Below the pieces are notes generated by a model, which did not search any database, was not told where the DNA came from, and was given only the letters and a program-made list of their open reading frames with translations. The translations under genes and the position numbers were made by a program. Positions 35,901 through 47,900 of a DNA stretch of 64,000 nucleotides are shown one piece after another (positions within the stretch are counted from its first letter, which is position 1; each line of letters begins with the position of its first letter). The stretch covers positions 30,380,001 through 30,444,000 of the forward strand of contig OZ320322.1 of assembly GCA_976226885.1 (NCBI GenBank), read 5' to 3'. The stretch comes from Iphione sp. A-MEVVRFRX5 (Eukaryota).

Positions 35901-38900
35901 TCCACACGTCGGACTTGCCAGGATTAACATAGTCAGCTTCACCTGGATGAAACACACGCAAACAAGATGCTTATAACATACTCTTCTACTTGAAATAAAA
36001 TGAACCTGTTCAACAGTTCCTGGAAACCCTAGCAAGAACACATCTTCTCATGGCTACGTGAAAAGTTAATAACAGGCACTTAACATTGTACGCTTTAACT
36101 CTTTGCTTCGCAAGTAGTCGCTGAAACATTCTATAAACACTTCTAAGAATTCTAGGGGAAAAGTGCCTTAAAAATACCTTAATTTAACATGTCGTTTACT
36201 CAAAAGATCAATCCAGCGGAATAAATTCACAGTAAGATGGTCCCGTTCACACAAGAAAAAAACTTGCCGTGAAAATGATACGTCAACACACTGTGAACAG
36301 TTACAAACAAGAGCTTACAAAAACGACACATTTCAATTGTTTTCACGACCATCAAAACACAGGAGAACGTTCTTGGTCGATGAAAGCTAAGATCAGGGTC
36401 CATATTATGACGACGTAGCAGCGTAGATCACCTCTGGATATAAGAGTAGGCAACTACGTTTTATGATCACATAAAGAATGCCTGGCCATATCTGATCGAT
36501 GTTGGAGCCTAAAGCTACATAATGGCAAAACCACTGTTTTTTTAAGTGCTAGCCTGAGGGGACTATACTTAGTAAGGAGCCCTGCGTATGATACTATGAA
36601 GTTTAATACTATTACACAGTACGCGGACTCATGTTCTATACTATCTGCTGGTATTGCAGGCCTGGAAGTCGTAATCTAAGTGACTGAATTCCTTTATCAC
36701 GCCAGGCCTGAACAGATGTGCTGGCAGATGTATATTATAAGCTGGGATAAGTACTAATTCTAAGTCTGAATAAGTATAATCCCTAAGACTCCAAAGATCA
36801 CCAAGTGACTCAGTGTATCTGGCATCTGAGACTCGAGCCATACAATCCGATCGAGTGATGTACAAATACAATTTACCTCGTAATCAAAGAGGTTGGAATC
36901 GACACTGATCCCGAACAGAGCATGAATAAACACCATATATACAACTGACCTTCCTTTACAGAAGAGGCCGCTGTCCAGTAGTGACGTGCTAATATGATAA
37001 TCTGCAAGTCGTTCCCTACTCAGTGTCTGATAGAGTAACTCCCTCCCGGTGGGTGACTCCCGACTCAGTGAAGTATCCAGAAGTGAATACTACACCCTGG
37101 AGGGAGACTGGCCACTGCCCCATCCGGCGGGGACCGGCACCACTGCTACGGAGGAGGGGAATAGCCTGATCCTTACCTACAGCGGGGTATTCCCCGGCCG
37201 GCCCATCGGTTTGGCACTAGATTTGCAACCGACTCCTATCTATATATCTATGTATGCGTCGAGAACACTCAAAATTTGTTTTAATAATTATAAGTCTGAA
37301 GAACGCCCGTCAGAGGGTCGAAAGCTCGCGATCAAGTTGTGAAAATATTACTCAATAAATGCCACAAAGCTGTTGAAAATCAGTGTCAGTCATCTTTTCT
37401 CATAGATTTCTAATAATTATAAGGTTGGTCGCCAAAACGATGAATTATCTTTATGGGAAGGATAGGACGTCTGTTTGATCGGACTGGTGTAGAGATCGTT
37501 CTCTATTCTTAACTCGACCTTCTACTTTTTTCAACGTTAATTACAGGCACCCGCACATGCATCCGCAGATGTATTGTGACACTCCCTTATACATGTATAG
37601 GTATGCGAGGTAGGTTACGATAACCCAAAAGGGAAAAACACGTCCTCTTCAAGCTAAAGGAGCTCCTGAGAACAAGGAATGCAGTTGTGTTGAGAACGCT
37701 GGCGAGCAGACGCTGTAGCACCTGCGGGTCTGCGGGATATTCACTTCAAACATAGTGTAAAACGGACGCGTTGGCACAATCGTAACGAAGTCATTGAGCG
37801 TTGACCTCAAACTGATCCAAAAAGCGAGACTTTATTGTGACTAACGATAGACAGATCCTTCAGCCAGACATTTATCTGCCCACACATCTTCTCAGTGAAA
37901 ATAATACGTGTACATCTACTACCCTGGCACGAGTCATTAGGCACTTTTTACATGTACGCAGATGAAAAAACCCGGCCCCGTATGCGGACGCGGAGAAGCC
38001 CCCTGTAGTGTCCTCACTTAAATTGGATATATATGTTTACCAGATGTATTCTCACCATTGGTTCCTATGGAAATCCACATCCGGATGTGGACAAAACCCA
38101 TTCGGATGGTTTGACATCCACGTCTGCATGATGTAAACGTGAATGGGAACACTGGTGGTAGAGGGCTGGAAAAATATCCGCACTATGTATGGATTCAGAA
38201 CGGAAAAATCCGCTTACATGTGAACACCGCCTTAGTCCGGTTGTCTTTATCTTCAATACAAAGGCCTGGGTAGTTACATGGAGAAAACTCTTGCAAACAC
38301 ACGGCTTTCATTCTCATGTAGTTACAGGCTGGATCATTTAACAACTAGGTACATGTATATGCGAGGAAGATGTTTGTTTTTATGATTAATCGGGAGCCCA
38401 AGGTCGTTACATAAAGTGAACTCTTGCAAACACAAGACTTTCACCCTCATGTAGTTACAGGCTGGATCATTTACATGTACATTGTACTAGTAGTATGGCA
38501 GTATCTCTATCCCACTGTTTCAGCCTAACACAGCATGTGCAGCCGGCCTTGGTCCTCACTGCTAGGTACACCAGGTGTTATTAGATTTGTGAAATGGTTA
38601 GATCGATCAGCCTGAATGTACCCACATATATATATAATATATATATAACAGATGAACAGACAGGTAGATTTGATATAGCTATGTCTCTAACGTGTAAGCA
38701 CTATCCGTGTCCTCCACAGCCTTTAGTCAGATAAGGTTTGGTATAAGCAGGTCGAGGGGGGCAGTTTCGCCGATGACACAGCTCCTTGTTCTACCAAATT
38801 ACTGGCCTCATCTTCCAGTATAGCAATTAGCCAGCTCAGGGGCTATCACCATCGAGTGCAACCTTCCCATGCGGGGCCACACCCCAAAGGGCATGGATTG

Positions 38901-41900
38901 TGGGAAGCCTCACAGTGCGAGAATTTATCTCACAGGACGGCAAGCCCTCATAGGATACAGGTCCTTCGTAAGTTGTGCTTTTGTATCATTCAGGGTCTCC
39001 TGGGAAGATGGCCGTCAATGTTTGAAGGAAGGTGACTGAAAAATCACGTTTACCCAATGAGATCGACCCTTTTGATCCTGTGCCTGCCCTCGAGGTGATG
39101 ATATAAAACTAGCCTTATTGGTCTTCCCACTGATGTATAAATCTCCCAGAAAAATACTTGGTTCTCTATCTGAAGATGGGAATAAACTATATTTCAAGCA
39201 GGATTAAAAGTGAGATTGTGTTTCTCTTCGAGAACCAGGTTTAAAACCTTCCTCCAATGGGAGGAGGGGGGTATGGGCGGGTGGGAGTGTGAAGGGTCAG
39301 TCTTCTGTAGTAGTGGTAGAACCTCCTCCTCCTCCGGTGTCTCTCCAGAGCTTCTCCAGTCACCCACGTGTTATAGAGATCTGCATTAGTGTGGTCTAGG
39401 TTTAGATCTGCCCACTCAGCTGTCGCCACCAGGCGACGAGCAACCTCAGAGGGAGGGCCAGCCTAAATACACGCGGTCCTGTGCATGGTCTACGTGCTCA
39501 TGTGCACGTCCTACACACACAGCGTCCCAGCGTCGTCCAAACGGCGAGGGTGGAGTTTCGTTTAGAAACTAATTCACCACGGAGAACTCGGTCTGGGAAT
39601 GTGGAGGTGCAATTTGAAAAACAGGTCAGGCATTTAATCATTTCGCATGCCTCTTCTAGTATAAATGAGGTTCTTCTTTGTCATTACCATCATGGCAGTG
39701 GGTTTTTTTTCGGTTTGGACTATGTTTTGAAGTTTGGCTTGTTTGTTTGCTCCTGTGTTTCTACCGAGGCATATTACCTCCTAGCGAAGGCGCGGTCGGC
39801 CCAGTGTGTATAAACAAGGCACCAGGTGCCCCTGCCCAGGCTCGCGAAGGGATCCAGCCCGAGTGGCAAAGTAAACATCGCAAGTCCACCTGAATCAGGT
39901 GTTCAGGGAAGCGGGACGGCGGGCCAGGAAGAGCGGAGGAGGAGATCCTACTGGTGGCCGGCGCCTCGGATTGAGCATGGATGGCCTTTCGACGGGCCTC
40001 CCGCCCTCCTGCCCACCACCGATCAACATCTGCAAATCACAGGACGTCCCTGAGACTCACGCCCGTCGCTTTTAAGACTGACCACCCAAGGAGGGCTACC
40101 ACCCTCCCCCACACATGATCCTAAGCCTTCCAGATCCTGCCATCCCCCCCCGCCCCCTCCTTCGGTCCCACATTCCTCCAAGTCTCACTCCGCCCGATTC
40201 CCGCTGCCCCCACCCACAAGGCACAAGGCCTTTTACTCCCCCCAATCTCCTCCCGCCTCCCCCCGGTCGCCTGGAGGACCTTCAAGCCGCCACACCTGCA
40301 CCTGTCCCTCCTTGGGCGGTGATCAGATATCAAGGCGCCTACCTGAAGGACGTCAGGTACGCCAGTCAGGTGAGTGGTCGCCAGGCGCCAAGCAGGGAAC
40401 AAGGTTCCGACGAGGGGACCCACAAAAAGGGTGATTCCCAGAAGAAAACTGAGAGCAGGCGCCGGGCAGGCGCGGAGCAGGACAGGCGTTGGAGCAGGGG
40501 GGGGGGGGACTGCATGCGGCAAAAGAAAAAGGAACAGGGGGAGGGGAGGGCATTCAGGAAGAGGGAATCAAGGAATAGGGAGGGAGGGGCGAGAGGGAGG
40601 GAGGGAGACAAGGAGGGAGGCTGAGAGGTGTACATGAACCCAACTTTGGAACAGCATGTGTTATTGTTAGGGAGTGGAATGGATAGAAGCCAACGCCGTA
40701 AGTCCCATGCTTGGCTTTCAAAAAAAGGGCGCCTTCGGTTGAAATAAATTAAGGGAATTACGGTAATGGAAACGCGGCGAGGGAGGAGAGGAACCCTGCT
40801 CCAATTATGCCACTGACTCAAGCGACTCTCTTAAGGAGTGTTATCTTCTATAAGTACATTTTATCAGATTTAAAGAGCCTTTTACATTCAAAAAAATATT
40901 ATCTTAACCAAAACAGCAGTTTCAAATTTCCTCTAATTTTTTCAACCAAAACGTGGTGACATTTCCAGATAGCTAGGCATAATTGTAAATTTTCTTTTTG
41001 ACATTGCGGGAGCGTTAAAATTTTGACTGGATGACCGATTCTTCTACGACAGAAACAAAGGAAACAATATGAACATTATCATGTTTAACACATTGTCTTT
41101 ATTCACAACGCTATGAATATTTACATCAGGTTATAGAGGCCTTGTGCGCAGGCGTCAGCGGCATGGTGAGTCACGAGAGCGCCAGCGTGTTGCCATGACA
41201 ACATGCGGTCTCACATCATGTTCAAACCGGCCGAGGCGGCACACAATACAGGTTTCCGGTGTTCTAGAGTTGATGTTACGTCTGAGATTAATACTAATAG
41301 TGAGAGTCATTCGAATATTAGTAACCTGGAGGAAACGGGACAATTAAATACCCTATCAGGTGATATAATCTAGGGTCTACTACGTTACCTTCTATCAATA
41401 AACGGAATGTCCTGCCTATGATACATCTATAAACAAAACGGTGTAAACCTATGAGATCTTGTCTACTTCTGGTACAACTAATATTGTCAAAAATACAGTG
41501 CATAAATTGTACTCGTAATACCGACAAGGTTATAAATGGCTGATAGCGCATAAGTACATGTACATCCTCATTCTTTCGCAGCACAAATGGTAAGATTCCA
41601 CAGATCGTAAGGCAGCCTTGTCTCAACATAAGATACATTAGGAAACAAATAAACACATCTGCCAATGCTTTAACCTACTGTATTTTCATAGATCGTATTG
41701 TTTTGGAACAGAGAAATACCTCTGTCCTGTCAACTTCTCTGAGAAGAAATGCAAGATGGTATAAGAAAAGACCCAATCTGTACGAGATAAAAACAACCCA
41801 TTATCGTGAGCAACATTAGAGATCAGCAACTGTCATTACATGTACTCGTATCGACTATGTATAGCACTGTGCGTTTTAAGATGTCAGCAAGTAAACTACA

Positions 41901-44900
41901 GTCGTACATAAATTATATTAAAATTATCTGAAAGCCAAATAATCAAGGCAAAAAGAGATCAACCAAATGAGGACAACGTACACGCACAATTAATAGAATA
42001 AATCATCAAATTTCTAACGAAATGAACTAAATACAGGTAGTTCACTTTAAAATCTAAACACCCATTGGTCAAAGATCATCATGGAAAAGTCACTGTCGTC
42101 CGATCTATTACAGCCAGATGCATTCATCGAGATATTTTCGTGCGTATTTCTGGGCTAAAGTTTTAATGTACACATACTAGCATGTCTTCACATTCAACTT
42201 ATGACAAAAAAGCATGAAAAACAAGGCAAGGTTGGTTGAAATAATTGATGCGTGTAATATAAATTAACCGTCGAATATGATTTAAATGCTGCAAAACTGA
42301 GCAAAAAATAAAATTACAATGTTTCCACATTCTATTCACACAAACAGATGTGTACTCGAATATCACAACTCGTCGGTGTTCTGTTTGACACCAGAGGGCA
42401 GCAACGCCAGCTATAAGGTTAGCACCATGGACGGATTCAGTTTAAATGTGATTTCTAGAGACTGTAGAGCCTTGACTAGGATACTTGGGTACAGTTAGAG
42501 CGAAGGGTAGGTAACTAAGATCTAGTACGTTGTCATGTCATGCAGTCTGCAACATTTTCTTTGGGTAATGAGGTAAGCTCGCCAGAAACACTCTGAGAAA
42601 CTGCGCGCGATAGACAAGAGACAGACATAGAGACAGACATCAGAGACAGAGAGACAGTGACTGACGGACAGACAAAGAGGGAGAGACGGTAAGAAAACGG
42701 ACACTACGAGACCAAGAGACAAGCTGTCATACACACATACACACACAAACACACACACACACACGTGCACACAAGCGTACACACAGTGGTTACGCAAATC
42801 GTCACTGTAATACACATGTTCCCTTCTGTGGCTCGAGAGACATACGCAATCCCCTTCCTCTCAGTCGGCTAGCCCTTCTGTCACTCAGTGTCCTGCCAGG
42901 TTCAACACGCCCAGACCCTTGGTCGTCTTCTGCTTTGCTAAGTTCTCTGTCACTCCTCGAGTGAGGAGTGGTGGTTTTATCTTGTTCATCTAAGTCATGG
43001 ATAGTTGTGCTGTGGCAGGCATTGGTGGAGCCGCTGCTATCTGGGCCGCTTCCCACCATACCTGAGGTGTTTTTCATTCCATTGCCTGTACTGATATCGT
43101 GAGAATTTGGCAGCTCTGTTTGGGAGAGGCTACGCTCGGTAACAACGTCGACGACCTCTGAGCGGGTGCAAGTTTCTGTCATGGAGTTAGGACCGGGATC
43201 TGTTCTCTGTTCACTCTTTGTAACGCTCTTTGTTTTCTCCCTGACGTTGCGAACCTTCCTCGGTCGGAGACTAGCCGCTAGTCCGGCCAAGCCCCCAAGA
43301 CCTGGCGGCGCTTGAGATAACAGGGATGGCGCCTGGATGGGCTCTGGATGCCCCATCTCCACGTCACCACCCGTGCCACTGCCAGTGCCACAGCCGGCCG
43401 GGCCTTGACTCTTGAGATCGTTACAGGCCTTGTTCCTATGGCCAGGTTTATGACCAGTTCCTTGGATCCAACTACCAGGCCAGATGCTACTAGCTGAGTT
43501 CTTACCATCTGTACTGCGATGACCAAGCGCTTTTCCTGAGATGTTGTGGCTACTGCCACTGACGCTGGCCCTGCTGCCAGGATCGGAACTAGTTTCCAGG
43601 CTTGCTGCACCGTTTGCATCAGTGCCATCATTAGGCCTTCTGCATCCACTGCTGCTGCTGCTGTTGGGCCGACTGCCAATTCTAGACTCAGTCCGGCCAG
43701 CGGAGCGCCTTCTATCAGGATTACCACCACCACCATCACCACCACTGACAGCTGTGCCCCAGCTGCTGGGACCACAGCTGCAAGTGGTGGTGGCCCTGGC
43801 GACGGGCTCGCTGGCAGTGGCCGGGTCCACACTGCTAGACTCAGTACCAGCAACGTACGGGCCCTGGCTGTCAGATCCTCTGGTGTGACCCCCATGACTG
43901 GACGTGCCCGCAGAGGCCGCACCACCCTTGAGGTTGGTAACACAGGTGTTGCTACCATCATCTTCGATGACCTGGTCCGCACAGGCCTGCCTGAGGTCAC
44001 AGACAGAGCACTGGTTAGACACCGAGCCGATGGTGTCCGAATCGGTGTCGGCGGCCCAGTAGCTTGCCTCCGAGCGTGGCTGTAAAGAGGAGGAAGAGGA
44101 GGAGGAAGAGGAGGAGCATATGTCATGCTCTAGGCACATACCATCTTCTTCATAGTCGGACAAGGTGTAGACTTCCTGGTCGACCTCGATCGGCTTCTCA
44201 CCCTTGATCTGGATGCCCGGCCGGGGATCAAGGAAGCCACCCAGGTGAGGGGTGGCCAGCCGCTGCCAGTGATGTAAAGTCATAGAGCCTGTAACAACAA
44301 CAACAAGGAAGGGCGGTCAAATTATGTTGAAAACTAACTATATGGTAACTATCAACAATTAATCTTCATTTCAGCTGTCAAACAATGACCAGATATATAC
44401 TCCATCCCAAACACTGGCAGTGCTTAGATTCAGCTTACCAAGTGCATCAATAACTCAGTTTAATCAAAGCCGTATGCTTAAAGGTTGACATAGACAATTT
44501 ATGAAATGCACTTCGCCCACATTACACTACGCATACATTTCACTTTGTCCTTGGGGACAAGTAAAGAAACACCGTAAGGTCACTATGTAAATCAATGATG
44601 CAAACATGACATGAATTCTGTTGAAGAAGGAGCCTGTATGAGCTGGTCTAACTGCATGCTTTCCTTCCTCTGACATCCATGTAAAGTTTATAGGCGCAAA
44701 TAATATGCATGTACATGTACTTTATGAGATGGCCAACTTATAGGCTCTCCCTTTCTCTGGCATCTACGTAATATCCATATAAAAGCACCAACACTTTAAG
44801 AGACGATCATACTTCAGGCTCTCGCTCTCTATTAAGGCTCTACAGGCACAACTCTTTTAACGAACCCTCTGTGAACCAAGCCTCTTTATAGCAAAGTCAC

Positions 44901-47900
44901 AGTTCATTCTATAAGAAGTAGTAATTTCAGATCAAATGTGACGGTCCCTATCCTTATATATTATGCTTCTGTTAACAAAGGTTCTGACGACAAAGTGATC
45001 TCTTTGAACGCATGTATCATAAAAAAAAGTCTTTGAACATATGCATTTACTTAACAGAGGTATACCTGTACTAATTTCTACTGTAGCAACTCTATTCCTA
45101 GCGGGCGTCGCTAGCTCTACAATGACAGCAGGCCTACCTTCCATGGGTTTGACAATCTGGAGCTTCTCCGGGATGCGGAAACCGTAGCCCGAGATTCCCG
45201 AGAAGCGTGACAGGTCAGAGAAGTTGCTGCCGCTGCCCATTGACATCAAACTATCAGGCGTCTGGTATCCCGTCGGCGTCGACGACCCGCCGCTACGACA
45301 TGACGAAAGACAAGAGGATAGGCAAGATGAAACAACACACTGGTGACAGATGATACGAGATGAAACAGAATACAACTGACAGAAGAAGTGGGATGAAACG
45401 AAATAAAACTAATAGAGGACACGAAATACGTATAGGATAAAACTAACACACTACATGACAGAATTCAACTTGGTACAGCTTTCACATCAGCAGTTTCTAA
45501 ATTAGAAACAGAAATGGATACTATACAGAATGAGATACTACCAAAAATACACAGCGTATACATTCTGATCCAATACCTCAACCGTCAGCTTATTTAATAG
45601 ACTACAAGCGCCTTCGGCGCCTGGAGACACACACTCATGATCCCCTTCCTACCCTGACAGGTCAAAGTCCAGACTGTCATGCATGGACACACAAACACAC
45701 GCTGGGTTTGACCAGGTGTAGTGATACTCTCTCTCTCTGGTTTCCCCCTTGTCCAAAGTAGCACAATGTTTTAATTCATTTTCTTTTTTTTGTATTTTGC
45801 AACAGAAAACATATGTCACCCTCTATGATTTGAAAAAATATAACACAAACATATGAAAGCAGGCAAATAATCAGTGTAGGAAAGAGTGTCACAGGCATGA
45901 GAGCTCCTCTCCATGGCCATACTACTTTCAGGCAACGTTTTATATAGGTAGTGTAATGAGGTGTTCAATTATGCATTTTCATTTATTTACCTCTTTTTCT
46001 TATCGTCTACGTCGCGAAGAATGCTTTCATTGATCTCATTTGCCTTTCGCAGAGTTAGACGTCTCAATGCTGTTTCAAGGTCATTGGAGCCGGGAATGCC
46101 AGGACGACCCAAGGTCGTTGCAGAGCTGAAGGAACAATCGACAAATATATTCATTGCAGTCGTATACAATAGCAACGAAGTATTAATGGATAAATAAAAT
46201 CTAAATTGATCTGCATTGGTCTGATATCAATACTGACCTAGTGGAATCTAAGGACACCTAATGAATTTTACTTTTGGGGGGGAATATTTCGCTACATGAC
46301 TGTATTTTTACATTCAGTTTACAATGTATTTTTACATTCAGTTTACATTTTCTCAGCGAAAGGATTATGTGTTTTGTTTAACAGATGCGCGGGAATGAAC
46401 ATCTATAAAAGTAAATGGACAATGTATAATAATGACATGAACGCTATGAAGAATAAAGCAGAATGGTTGATTTCTTCTTTATTTTCCCCCTTAATTGTGC
46501 ATGGAATGTTTACCACTAGTACAGCGTCCGCTCGCCTTCAGTCATTAATTTTCACTGCTCGCCTTCAACCATTAGTTTACACTGCTCGCCTTCCACCATT
46601 AGCTTTCACTGCTCGCCTTCCACCATAAGTTGTCACTACTCACCCATAGTTGGAGTCAACGTCGCCGCTGTAGCCGTCATTGAAGGACTCACTCTCGGAC
46701 AGGTAGAGGGAGCTGCGGTTGGAGGAGCCGGCTATCGACTCGCAAGTCTCGTTGCCAGAGGTGCTGTGGCTGGAGCCGGGGATGGACATGAGGCTGGACG
46801 ACTTTCTGTTGTTGTGCCTCTTCACAGTCTTCGCCGTCTCCATCACCCGCTTGTTGTGGGACCTTTCAAAGTACAAGGACGCACTACTCTGTATTCCTAG
46901 TGCAGAAAATGCACAGCAGATTGGGTATCTTCCATTCGGAACAGGAGTCCCGCATGTAAGAGGTCTCCATCCAACGAGTAATTATCACCGTAGCAACTTG
47001 TTTTTTTTACTGGCAAATACCCACAGTTATACATGTAATACACTTCGATTCCCTCTCAGAAATAATCCAACACATTTCTGAATTGAAAACAGCAAATAGG
47101 AATGGTCATTCAGGGGGAGACGGGCCTACTGTGGTGAGACGGTCAACCAAATTGACTCAGTACCCTATCCCTTTTTCAGACATAAAGGTATTTTGGTGTC
47201 GTGGCAGACAGACAAAATGGCGGTGAGTAAGCTTATTTGGAGACCAAAGATACGCATTCTTGATGGGGTTAGTCCCTGGAATGTAAAGAATGTTCCTTAT
47301 CTATTAAGCAAGGTGAGGCTTATCACCCTCCACCAAACAAATTTCACTCTTCAGAGAACAGGGGATTAAGGGTTCCTTAACTTTAAGCCTTCCAGGTACT
47401 CACTCGTGTCACAGCATATTCACTGTATCCGTAGATTCCTTATCCGGGCTGCTCCCGATCAGTCCGGATAAGGTTTTGATTGTATCTACACTTTATGATA
47501 TAATTATCAATCAAAAACCAGAGGTCAGATATCCACGACATTCATGATCTGGCTTTATTGTTTCCTTTGTACAGGTATAGCTCTACGTTTCGGGTTCTTA
47601 GAAAACCTTCTTGAGGACCCCCCTGTTATATCTACATTTGTTCAGGTTATTTCTTGAAATCAGAGTCCAAGCTTCAGCGGATGCTGCTGTAGTGTGTTAG
47701 GACATTTTTCTTCAACGCTTACGGATCTAGAATGTCACAATGAGAAGTAGGCTGTAGATAAGTACAGCTTTTACCACACTTAGTGATTCACTATCTACCG
47801 TAGAGAAGTTTTGTACAATGCACACTTATGGAATAATGCCCAAGTTTGACCGTAATGAAGAGTGGACCAGCAGGGCATTGGTGTTGAAGAGATTATTATA

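Noticed and set aside
36641-36871. 76-aa minus-strand ORF as a further TRAK terminal exon
   Set aside because: A phase-compatible tctcag acceptor exists but has a poor pyrimidine tract, and the peptide has no recognisable motif.
38766-38783. FADDT, like a LINE RT catalytic motif
   Set aside because: No other RT motifs in frame upstream or downstream.
42418-42438. RE1/NRSE-like AGCACCATGGAC.G
   Set aside because: The right half-site is largely mismatched.
43278-44126. Overlapping 282-aa, 179-aa and 115-aa ORFs
   Set aside because: Alternative-frame or antisense shadows of the GC-rich read-through extension; only the frame continuous with TRAK is supported.
38170-44590. CACTATG heptamers (ProtoRAG/Transib-type ends)
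   Set aside because: Isolated heptamers with no matching inverted partner, no extended TIR and no RAG-like ORF.
47438-47473. Similarity to enterobacterial REP arms (bacterial contamination)
   Set aside because: Only 10 bp, embedded in a continuous spliced eukaryotic gene.
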